Shown here one piece after another: positions 35,050 through 47,427 of a stretch of 64,000 bases of DNA. The notes beneath the pieces were generated by a model. The model ran no database searches and was not told where the DNA came from. It worked only from the letters and a program-made list of their open reading frames with translations. The stretch comes from Podarcis erhardii (Eukaryota), in NCBI GenBank assembly GCA_964252035.1, contig OZ176202.1; one strand, written 5' to 3'. The position numbers and the translations under genes were made by a program. Numbering within the stretch: the stretch's first letter is position 1; each line of letters begins with the position of its first letter.

Positions 35050-36572
35050 GTGTAGATGTAAATTTTATTTCCTGCTCTCTATCAATTTAGGCCAGTAAAG
35101 CACTGGACATGGTATTGCTGGCAGATACACCACAATTTAGGCAACAGGTAGGGCTCTGTTTAAACATATTGATTAGCTTTTATATTTTCTTGAATCTTCA
35201 TCCTGCAGTTAAATGCCCATGTATATCAATGATACAATGATAGAAAAAGTTATTAATCATCAGGACAGCTTCCTGTGGACTATTAATGTTTGTGGGCTCT
35301 TTTGTGAAAGTAGCTCCAGACTTTGGGTTAACCTGTTTCAAACTACAGGAATATTTTCCAGAAACCCGCTCAATTGAGAGAATATAGACTTTAAAAATAA
35401 ATAAATCTGATTGCTGGAATTGCTTCCTGTACCTCCTGCTGCTTTGGCACCGTATCTTGCTTCCCATAACTATTGCTTGTTTTTCCTGAGTTGGTCACAT
35501 GGGTGAGCGAAGCCAACTGGCAGTCACATAGTGGGGATGACTTCAGAAGGCACAATAAGAGATCACAGTCAGATTTGCCTACAGATTTGCTACCAGTGAA
35601 GGCAACCAAAGAAAAGTCACTCTTGCCCAAGCAAGCACTGAAAATTAATTGACAGGGGCTGCTTTGGAAGTTGTTGAGCATTTTTATGGAAAATGAGTCA
35701 CTCTGTCCTAGTTTATAGAAGTGTTGTATACTCTGCAGCTAGTCCCAATATTGTAGTCATCGGTACGTTGCCCAAGTACTATTAGGATGATTAAATCGCG
35801 AGACTCTCACTCTTAGTATCTCTGCTACTTAATGCTACACTTTCAAACTACAAAGGGAGCTTGCTAATGGCAAAGGAGAACTGAACCCTGACTTTACCGA
35901 GCATGTTTTGTATCAAATGCATGCTGAATTGCTTTGGAATAGATTATGGGTTTCCCGTAGATGGAGCATAGTATATTTTAAATGCAAAATTCTTAATGAA
36001 ACAATAAAGCCACAGATCTAAAAGGGGAAAGACCACAAAGTGCAAAAGAGAGAGAGAGAGTTTCCTATAGCATCTTTAGCCTGGCTACATTTTATGGATG
36101 GAATAACTTAAAAGAGCCATGGAAATGCAGAACCTGAATACAATTCAAAATCCATCTAAGCTTAATATCTGCATAGGAGCAGGAGTGTGCTTGATTAACA
36201 AAGCACCCACTAGTAAAGCAGTGCAAACTTGTCAGCTTCACAGAGTTGTTCTTCAAATGGAACGGTGGTCCACTTTTGCCACCAGAAACTGATGGAAGGT
36301 GACCTCTGTTGCAGATGGGAGATCATTTTCATCACTGGTCACAGGCAACATTTATCAGAATTTCATGGCACTGCCCAGGTTTACTTCCCCCAAGCTGCTA
36401 TAAATGGAAACCATCAGGTCTGACAAAACATGCTAGACATGACCCAGTTTTTATATCATGCTTAATCACCTGGTTATGCAATCCTGAGAAATTATCTCCC
36501 ATCCCATGAAAATCCACCCCCCCCCCCGCACAGCATTTAGGCAGATTCTTCTCAAGCCTAATTGCTTTGGGG

Positions 36573-36617
<45 letters not shown>

Positions 36618-39600
36618 CTTCATGATACAAGTATATTTAATCTGTAAACTGCCATGAGACTGTTAGGTAGAAAGTGGTATAGAACCCCCCAAATAAAATA
36701 AAATATTAGAGATTAAATATAGATTGAATAATGTACAGATTCAAGACTAATGCATTATCCTACAAAATTATACATTATGCTTAGAAGAAAGCCCCACTGA
36801 ATTCAATGGGGATTACTCCCAGACAAGTGTATATAGGATTTTAGGTTTAATCATTTTTCTTCATAAACATAAACAAACACTATTAATACAGACTCAGTTC
36901 AGATCTATATTTAAAGAGGCAGATGCTATATAAATAATAACAGACAAGAGAAAGAAAGAGAGAACTAAAACACACATTGCTGGAATTTAGGGGTGGTTAA
37001 TGTGACTCACGGTCGTAAATATAGCTGAGCAGAGCTCTTTTAAATTTTTATTGAGAATAGACAAGATTCATAGAAAGGTTTAAAGACCTGCTCTTGAATG
37101 TGTTCAGAATTCAACTGCCCCAAAGCAGTGCCTAGACGGGCATTTGCTGTTGTTCCTTTATATATACATATCACAATAGCAGGAGATCAAGGTGCTCCTT
37201 CAGAATAGCCCTGTGTGTTCTGAAACCCAACGGGAAGTGGGCAGCCCTCACCTCTGCCCTCCCAGAACAGGGCCCCTGACAGAAAGCCTTTTGTTTTGAC
37301 CGCTTTGCATGTCAAGCACATGCCATGAGAACTGCATTCATTTAATAACCCTGCTCCATCTCCTCGGGGAGGAGGAACAAAACTTCTGAAAGGACGGTGG
37401 CATGCAGCAGGGCTTTGAAAGGTAGTTTCCGTCACTCTCAGACATGGGCTGCCTTAGGTGGGTGAACAAAGCCATTGTTCTGTTTGGTTAGGATGGTCAC
37501 CCATGCCAAACAGCCCATGCCAAATCGTCTGTCACAGCTCAGAGGCTGCTGCCCAAATTTTATTCACTTAAGAGAAATGTGTTTGTCTCTGGGTAATGCT
37601 TCAAGTTGGACCCTGAGGTTTCCGGGGCATGAGAATTTCTCAGTCCTGGAAAGTGAATAAAAGGCCACTTCCATTCTCTGCAGGCAAGAAGAGACTCTAA
37701 ATTCCCTCTCTGTAGGCTCTTCTTTGTTTTGAGTCCAGATACTGTCTTAGATCCAAGCCAACCCCAACAAAAGCTGATTATCTCACCTTTTATATAGAGG
37801 GATTGCTGTAGAAAGCATGTGAAGCTATGGAGAAGCTGGGGGCTGCACTTGACCAGCTGAGAGTACAGTGTTGCATGCAAAATAAAAGTGGAGGGAGAGG
37901 GGAGAACTGCTGAGATCGGGCTGTAGTTTCAGCCATTTGCACTTCTGCATGGGAGACAGAGATTACATTCACAAACATGCATTGAAAGCAGTACGATACC
38001 ACTTTGAACTGTCATGGCTTCCCCCAAAGAATTCTGGGAGCTGCAGCTTGTTAAGGGAGCTGAGAGCTGATAGGAGGCACAGGTTCCCCTCACACAGCTG
38101 CCACTGGTTTAACAATCAATCCTTCTTCAATGGAACTCCGGGAAATTTAGCTCTGTGTCCTTCTGTCTCTTAGGGCCCATCTTGCCTCTCTCTCACTATC
38201 ACCCTCCCCAAAGTGAAAATGGTTACCATTTCCCTGCATTTCCTCCTCTGCTAACCATCTCTTGCCATCCCAAGGACAAATGTCCAGTCTGCTCAATGAA
38301 TTACATGAGTTGGGTCTAGTGAAGTCTCTAGACCAGAAATCTTTAGAAATCTCTAAAATCTGCAAATGTTGTTGCCACCTCCACACTTCCATTTAGATTT
38401 CAGTTTATTTAAAATGCAGGTGGATTGCTTTTCAGAACAAAATTGCAGTGAAGCTACATTTCATTCTCCTCCCATTTGTGGTCCTTAGACAAACCTGCAT
38501 TTCACACAATAGCACATGATACACTGAGCAGCACCGATGTCAAGAAGTTTTCTGTTAAATGTGAAAATATTGTACAGTTCAAGTGTCAGAGAAGTGTCAT
38601 AGAGGTTCTATTTGTAGCTGAGGTGCAGTGTCAGAAGTCTTGAGTGCACCTGAAGTATGTTCCTCCCTCAAAGAAACTGTTATGTGGATGTGATTGTGGT
38701 GCAGACGAGTTTGAAGAAGTCTGTTTCCTTTAATTAAAGGGGCCCTTTGAGTCTGGCACTGTGTTAAACTTATTTCAAACAATCAACTCCCTACCCCAGA
38801 ATGAAGTCCTATTGCTATCAAAATTCCCAGGGGTTACAGTTTTAGCTACTGTCTGTTTAAGAGCAGAGCCAGTACATTTTCTTTGAGAATCTATACATTA
38901 TGATCTTTCCAAATGGATTTCTTCAACATGCTGTTGATAGAGACTTGTCACATTTTTGGAACAATGATGAGTTTTTAAATATTTGAAGTCCTGAACAATT
39001 TTTTAAAAACCCTTCAAATGACACATTTAAGGTAGCATGTAGTTAGAGAACTTTAATTTCACTAAACATAGGGATCAGGTACTGTATTGCTATTGTGGAA
39101 GAGGACTGGAAGAGGTGGAAGAGGACTGGAATATTGTGCTAAATGAACCAGAAGAATTTTCACCCCATTATCAAGACAAGACAATGCCATTGGAAAAGTA
39201 ACATTTTGAACATGTCTTCATGACCTCAAGATATAATCTCTCAGCACAAGAAATAGGCTTAAGGAGAGCATACAGAAATCTCAGGAAAAGTTTTTAAAAA
39301 CCCAAAAGCAGCACAAAATAATAGGGAGTAGCAATAAAGTTTGATTGTTCCAGTTAGAAGTCTGGCTTACAAGGTTAAAAAAAACACCCTTCGTGATGAT
39401 CTCAGCTCTCCCTTAAATAGGCAATTGTAAATATAGACAGGAATCCATTAAAACGAAACAGTCGTTTGACATGTTGTACATTATCTTGATTCACTGTGTA
39501 TTGTTAAACTTTGTAAAAAGGTACTTTGTTTATTTCATGGGCAAGACAACAATCAAATTCAAATTATACTTTAAAGGAAATGTATCCAGTTTAGATGTTA

Positions 39601-42600
39601 CAGGGGAGGGTATCTCATTATTACTGCATTTCTGAGACAGGAGAATGAATCAAACCATCAGGGAGATCACCAGGACTCATAGAAATTCTGACCTCTTTTG
39701 GCCAGAGGGTCGGAATCAAGCATGGCATACTTTCCAAGGGCCTTATTTTAGTGAGCAGGACAAGAAACAATAAAAAAGGAAATAAGATCTTCTTCAGTGG
39801 AATGAAATGGGTCCACCATTCACTCCTCTCCTTCTGTTCCATTTGAGAAGTATGAGTGGCTTCATGGAGCCTCTGCTCATCTTCTTCGCCACTGCCTGTT
39901 TGTGGTTCTGCCAAGGGAGATGGTTGTACTGCTAGCTGCAAGAGAGAAAGCAAGAACCATAACACTCTGATTTGGCTTCAGTTGTCATAGTATTGGCCTA
40001 GATATGTGGCCCCACTTTAGCATCTTGTTGGTAAAAGAAAATGCCACTCTGCTGGAAATGTGATTTCCTCTGCTGCAAAGTTCAGTTCTTACACCTGTTT
40101 CTAGCCTTTCCCAAAGTCCACAACTTTGCAGTCTGTGAATAGTGTGGAAAGTTGGGCAAAGTGGCATTTTAGCTTAACCCTAATATTTAACATTACAGGG
40201 GTGGGGAACCTCAGGTCTGGAGGTCAAATACAGCCCTCCAGGCTTGTGTCTGGTCCTTGGAACTCTGCTTAGGCTATGCTTCAACCCCAGGCCATATCCC
40301 ATCGCCCTAGGCTACATCTCTTGTCAGCCTTGCCCTGCATCTCCCTTGATTGTTTCCTGGCTGGAATGTATACTTGAACTCATTAAATGCCTTTTTGCCT
40401 GTCTGGATCAAAGATGGAGGAATCTACATGTCTGTAAAATCCTGTGTTGTTGTTGTTGTTGTTTTGCATGACTGAAACATAGCCTACTGCACAAAAGTAC
40501 AGTCACTTCTGTTGCTCCACCTACTTTTGCCTCTGATCCTACCCACCCAACAAGGAATGTGACTCTTAGGCTGAAAAAGGTTTCTTGCCTGGTATCATGC
40601 AGACACAAAGACACTTAAAGCTGTTCCCCAGACAAAATTTCCTGAGGACCAGGGTCCAGAAAGACTGTTGCCAGGGATCGGGGAAATGCACCAAAGTTTT
40701 AACAGAACAGCAACTGCATCGATTCTAGCAACACTGTCCACAACATGACTGACTGAGAGAGTCAAACAGTGAGGGACAGGCATAGGCAAGAGAGATTCAG
40801 GAGGGTTAGCAAGTGGGCTTCTTAAATACAGTATACACCCAAATATAGCAGAACCTCCCTCACTTTGTAGGCCTATTGAATGCAGGGAAAGGGGGTAAGG
40901 ACAGGGTCTGCCCTGGGTAGTGAGTCATCAGAGGATCTTTGGCCTGAGTGACTTTGCCTACCTGGGAAGTTCATTGGCTTTCTCCTGTGGTCTGCTAGGG
41001 CTTTAAAGCCTTTCTGCCCAGATTTGGCCCCCTTTTGAAAGGGGCTTCCTCCCTGTTTCCTTGTCTGCTGGATTGTCCGTCAGTTATGCCTCCTGCTTCT
41101 CCTGTTGTGCTGGCTGACTGAAACTGTCTAAGACCCAACACCACAGCATTTTTAGTGTCATTTTTATACTCATTGATCTACGCTCACAATCAGAGTGCTC
41201 AAAGTGTGGCCAAAGAGCAATTTCCTCCCACCTTTCAGTCTATGTTTGTGGATGCAGCAAGGATTCTACTTTATGCTAATGACTGTGAGTCTGGAACCAG
41301 GGATTTCAAGTGAACAAGCCTGTGTGTGTGTGCTATCCGTCATGCATCTGAGAAGCACGACTCGAAATCTCATTTCACTGCAGATACAAAGTTGTCATTT
41401 GCCATTAATTTGAGGGAAATTGTGTCACTGCATTGCTTTCCTCTGATCTTAAGCATTTTGTAGCATTTAATAAAGTATAAAGGGCAACTGCATAATTGGA
41501 AGGATTTGTACAGTTCTTAAAGGTCTTCTAATTGCTGTTGCAACCTCCCTCAGGCTCTCTTCCCCTGGCCCTGATAGTCTTCGCATAAGTACTCTGCTCG
41601 GCATGTGTTTTTAAATGACTCCCTCATATCCAAATATAGTGTTGATGACAACGACAAGATTTGTGATGGGACTTATCATCACCTAAAGCCATTTTGAGGG
41701 ATTAGTAACCCAGGAGAAACACAATGATTCACTGACAGTGTTTCTTATACCTTGTCTTGGACATTCATGTGGTGAAAAGTTTACAATCAATGTCTATCTT
41801 CCTGGTATTGGCTTAAAGGTATTATACTGTAATTCCACTGTTGACTCTGTTCAAGAGTCTGGGGCCCTTGTGGAATTTGGTTCCTCCAACCCAACCCATA
41901 ACATTTTGTTCTGGTCAGAGATAAATCACTGATATGGAGTGACCTTCATGGATTCCTTTTTACTTCCCTGTCATTTTTTTATTATAATGTTCTGCTGTTT
42001 GCTAAAATCCCATTAAGGTACTAAAGATAAGGCTTTCTATATGATGGTGTTGGGTTTTTATTCACTGAAACGCACCGTGTCCAAAGTCAACCTTAAAGCT
42101 TCTTTTCTAATAAATGCTAACTGATTAAGATAACTGACTGTGAGCACAGAACTATAATTGAGAGACATGGATAGATTGCACCCATAGAAATTCAAATTCT
42201 ACATACCTTGAAATTAATGTTCCAGATAATATCTGCCAGGATATTTAATCAGAACCTATAATTTTATTTTATTGTGTCAACAGCAGCTTTTCTTCTGAGG
42301 TATTTTTATCAGGACTCTGGTTTGGGAGGAAAGGTTGAACTCTCACCCACCACAACATGGTACTGATCTGGATTGCTCCTTCCCAATGGCTTCTTTTTAA
42401 AAAAGAAGAAAACATAAATGGAAACTACACATTTAATTTAATTTATTGTATAATTTGGCCTATAGTTCATTCCTTTTGTTTGCTCATTAACACTGTGCTT
42501 GGGAACTTAATAATTAGTCAAAATGCTCATCATATTTTCTTATTACAGGCAAACAACAGATTCAAATAGACCGACCTCAAAAACGAACAACTGTGCTTTC

Positions 42601-44242
42601 AACTCACAGCCTCTCTGATTAAAATTGGACCTCACCACTCATAACTGGCCTCTACTGCTTTGGTGTTTCCTTAATTCTCAGCTCCACTGATTAAAATTTG
42701 CCCTCACCAATTAAAATTGGCCCTATCTATTAATCAGCTAAAGCTTCAATTGATTAATATACCAATTTAAGCTTGAAGCCCACCTGTTTTCTTTTGTCAG
42801 TTCTTGGAAGAAAAGTGACTGTGCTTTAAACATGAGTTCCTACTAGAAACTATCCTTCTAGCAGAAGTTTAAGTACAAGATGGTTAATCACCCTACCAGT
42901 CAAGAGGATGCTTAGAACTGAGACAGACATGAAAGCACCAATGGGTAAAAACAGCCTACAAATTTCCAGTCATTATAGCTCTGTGCAGGGTTGATCATTG
43001 GGAAGTCTTTTTTTTTTAGTGTAAGGTGAAGCGAGTATTCCTCTGTCTGGGAGGGTATGCTTCCAAAAGACAAAAAAGCATGTCTTTTGTTATGTAGACT
43101 CTTGTTTACGTGTTCTATTGATCACTTAAAGCTTGTATCTTCTTAGCGCACACCGTTCCCCTGATGAAAGGCCATCTGTGGCCCAAAACATGCTGGTTTT
43201 CTGGAGCTGATTTATCTGTGTGGTTTTTAAAAGTGTGAATCAATCTGCTTCTGCATCCTGTGAGACTGCTTCTGTTCCACTCTTTGGAAGGAGAATTGCA
43301 ATTTATAATGCTGACTTTCATGGGCAGATCTTGTAGCTTTCATGGGCTTGCCAGATCCTCGTAGTCCAAAAAGTAGTATCACAAAATATCTGTGATGAAT
43401 ATCCACTGTAATTCCACTATTCTTTCTGGTTAGATTCATTGAGGATCTATTTCAGCATTTCTGGAAACTGGAGATAAAATTCCAAAGCAGGTTAAATACA
43501 CACATGTACTATCATTTCCAGAGGGCTAGCTGCCTTAGGGCATGTTCAGATGTGGGGGTTATTACATTAGATTTACTGGTTCTAATGCTAGTGCTTTTGT
43601 CTCAGTTTCAAAAATTCCTTTTATACTGCATTACCTGTTATGTTATGGACCTGTGGCTTTTTGATTGATGTACTGCCTATGTTGTGCTAAATTTAATTCA
43701 CACTAGTGAGTGTGGTGCGACACAACTGCAGACATCATTGGATATGTCATAACCTTCCTCTACCCTTTATGCACATGTGTTCTTCTGTGCTCCCTTGTTC
43801 CACGCATGTAAATTGTGGAAAATAATTGTACCTCCCTAAATATCATCCCACAAGGTTAACAAAACATAGCCGGCACATCCATTAGGCAGGGTGAGGCTGC
43901 TGCTTAAGGCAGTGGAAGTCTTCAAGGCAGCACCCTGGTGGGCATCCTGCCTGCTCTGCCACTTCCACCAATGGCAGAGAAGCAGTGTCAGCATCAGCAC
44001 CAATTTTGGGCAAGGTCTCGCCAAAATTGTGCGAGATCATGCAGAGCGCCTGAGATCTCATCCAAAATCAGCCAAGTGATGAAACAGGACATGCCACGCC
44101 TGGTGTTAAATGTCTATTAGAGTCCGCTAGATTTCCAGAAGTAGCGTTTACAAAATGGGAAAGATCACATCAAACACACAAACAAAATCAAGCAATGTCA
44201 GGGAAACAGAGTAAATTGCAGCCTTAGTCCATTGCACAAAAA

Positions 44243-44333
44243 ACAAGAGAGTTTAGTGAAGACTAATGCATTTATTAGGGTATAAACTTTTGTGGGCTAC
44301 AGTCAACTTCACCAGTCTTTAAGGTGCTGCAGG
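44243..44333. mobile_element. Degraded Penelope-like remnant
   Basis: AAGACTAA...TTTATTAGGGTATAAACTTTTGTGGGCTACAGTCAACTTCACCAG followed by TCTTTAAGGTGC resembles a PLE pseudo-LTR with a decayed hammerhead on the minus strand. Confidence 0.5.
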
Positions 44334-44369
44334 GCAAATTCACACAAAATCATATGTTTATATTCTTAC

Positions 44370-44465
44370 TTAGAATCATATAATCATAGAATTGGAGAGT
44401 TGGACGGAACCATGAGGGTCATCTAGTCCAACCTCCTGCAATGCAGGAATCTCAACTAAAGCATC
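44370..44465 (-). mobile_element. CR1 3' terminus
   Basis: TAGAATCATA..ATCATAGAA...GGGTCATCTAGTCCAACC is the reverse complement of the CR1 tail; a similar copy lies at ~61575-61640. Confidence 0.75.
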
Positions 44466-46919
44466 AATGGGGAAAAAAACATGCTTCTTTTCTAGTGTCA
44501 AGAATTGGTGGTGGTGTTTTTTTTTTTAAAGCTGTGTTCAGTTGGTCCAAACAAAGCTTTGTTAGAATGATAGGCTTTTAAATGGTATTGGACTCATGTA
44601 GTTTATGATATTTATGCTATGGCATAAATTTTTTTAAATTTTTTTTGCTAGGATGCCATCAGCCAGATTGCACCACCTCCTCACTTTGACTTCCGTGAAA
44701 GCTTTCTCCATTCCTGTGATTTGCATGATACTTCTTTATTGCTTCCCAGGTCTATGACTATATACACAGAGAACTTTCACAGATGGATAACAGCACACCA
44801 CCAGACAGAGGTATGCATGCCAGTGTGTTGGAGACATGCTGCAGCATTATCTGCAGTCAGCAATTTAGGTGCAAATAATGCCTTTTGAAGGAGTTCGTGC
44901 TCCATACAAAACATAAAGAACAGTCATTCCAGGCGGGTCCTGTTCAGAAGAGACTGCCAAAGAGCTGCCATGAATGGAGGTTCTTGTCCGTTTTAGAGTA
45001 GGGAGCAAAAAAAGTAGACCCTTTAATGCACCAATACATAGCTGATCTGGGCTGCCAACAAAAAGAAACAGGTGTACAGGAAGGCTGGGAACAATATTAC
45101 CAGTATGGGACCATCCTGTTTTATTTGAGCTCAAGTCCAAGAGCGGTAAAACTGCCATCAGCAAAATATCTGATTAAGGGGCCTGGTGTTAGATGGCAAG
45201 GTGAGATCAGGGCCAGAACAAGCCAAAAAGGAACTGATTGCAAACAATGCAAAAGCATCAAGTTCAAAGTCCGAGGGCACTGGCAGGGGGGATGGTGAGA
45301 ACGTGCTCTCTGAGTCACAGTATAACGTTTCACAAATTTACTCCCATATCCACTTTGGGTTGCAGTGAGAATTTGGCACAGCTGAGGCTACTTTGCCTAT
45401 CAAGTGCAGCAAAGCTGGATGAAACGATAAACCCTGAACTGCAGAAAGGATCAGTGCATCTGCTGCAAGTAAGATGTCAAATTGTGCAAGGCAAAACTAC
45501 ACCAAAGTTTGAGTCAATGTAATGAATACTTGACCTGGCCCATATCTCAAAACAACCAAAGACACTATATGAATTCCTGAACAAAACCATCCGGTATAGG
45601 GTAACACTGAATTTTATCTTTGCTGTCACCAGAGTGGAAGTAAAACATACATTGCCACCATTTGCCTGAGCTAAAAAACTGGAAGCTCCAAAGAAGAGCA
45701 TAACCAATCTGCAAAGATATTAGAAATAAAGGGAAAGAAATCTATGTTCCCCTTTGCGCTGCCCCTACTCTGATGAATTCAGCTATTGATGCTGCTACTC
45801 ATGTAATTATGCTGATGATGTATTGCTTAGAGTTCGGAGGTTATAGGGTAAATCTTTTGATAAACTCTTTTTGTTGCTTGAATGTTAATTTCATTGGATC
45901 AATTGACATTAGCATAATAATGTGAATAATTGATTCAGAATGTCTAAGTAGTGATAATTTGGGGGGTGCTTCCCACCCCCACCTTTCCCACTCACTAGAT
46001 AATCTATATCCTAAATCATACATGTTTGAAGAAAGATTGATCCCAATGTACTGCATCTAATTAGTAGTTCTGAACTATACAAGCTTGAAAAGTATCTATG
46101 TGACCCATCAGGAGAAAGGTTTCTGTGAGGCCACACAAGGCATGGGAATAGAAAAGGAGATTGCCCTCCAGTGTTGTATGTAAGAGTGAAATATGCGAGG
46201 GTACAAAGAGAGCAATGCAACACACTTGCCTTTGGACAATGGAGAAATAGGAAGTTGCAGCATGATGGATCACATTTCCAAAAGTTAGGATATGAATACA
46301 ATACAATACAATGCAGATTTGGTGCCAGAAGAGAACTTCTGGTGTCCCGTGTGAAATGTTTAGTACTCATTTTGTGAATTTGCATAGCCATTCAGAGAGG
46401 CTGCCCCACAACTCCATATACGCCAGTGTTCTGCCCTCTCCTCCGTCCAGTCCATGAATCCAAACACTAGGCAAGAGTAATTCTCTCTAAGGCTGTGTCA
46501 AAATTACAGCCACCCCATTTCATTAAACCATATGCAGGCAAGAAAATTAAGTGCATTTTAGTGATGTGGAGGGTGGGGGAAAAGTAAGTGTGTGTGCGTG
46601 TGCGTCTGTGTGGAACTTCTTGGTGGCAATGTTCTTCCAGGTGGCCACCAGCTGGCAACCAAGTTTTCCCCTCAGAAGTCCCTTCAGAGCAAGGAAATTT
46701 TTTTTTGGGGGGGGGAGATTGAAAAGGCCCTCTTCTTTGTTACCACTCTCCAAACCTTTCTCAGAGGGTATGCATGGAGGAGGGCCTCCAGTGTCAATCT
46801 TAATGCAGGTTGGGGTTTTATATCAGGAGAGAGGTACCATCAAGTATTGCGGTCCCAAGCAGAATAACTCTATCCACATGTTCTACAATCTGCACAATTC
46901 TCCCTGTCCTGTTTTCTGT

Positions 46920-47210
46920 TAGATTCAGGACACAGCATATAGTTAAGCTGTGAAATTCACTACATAACTTGGGTGGCTTTAAAATGGGTGTAAACAAATT
47001 AATAGAGGGTAAGGCTATCAATGGCCACCAGCCATGATGGCTGCCATACTACCTCCAGATGGAGGCTGTATGCTTCTGAACAGCAGTTGCTGACCATTGC
47101 AAGTAGGCAGGGGATAGTTGCTTGTGCGCTTCCCACAGGTATCTGATGTCCATGAGAACAGGATGCTGACCTAGATGGCATTTTGGTCTGATACTTCTGC
47201 ATTCATCTTT
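46920..47210 (+). mobile_element. Old CR1 3' region
   Basis: GGCTTTAAAA...TAAGGCTATCAATGGC...AGCCATGATG; a related copy lies at ~56450-56595. Confidence 0.55.
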
Positions 47211-47242
47211 TGAAAGGATTGTTAACTGCAAATGACATAGAG

Positions 47243-47427
47243 CAGGGGTTCCCAATTGGTGGTCCATGGACCCCAGCGGGGTCCGTGTAATCCACCTGGG
47301 GGTCTGTGGCAGCATTCACATAACAAAAACTACTACAGAGATATAAGAACTTTCAAAAGTAGGGGGTCTGTGGGTTGGGTTTTGAAAAACAGGGGGTACA
47401 CGGTACGTAGCTAATTGGGAACCACTG
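47243..47427. mobile_element. hAT MITE
   Basis: CAGGGGTTCCCAATT/AATTGGGAACCACTG termini; 8-bp TSD ACATAGAG/ATATAGAG. Confidence 0.8.
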
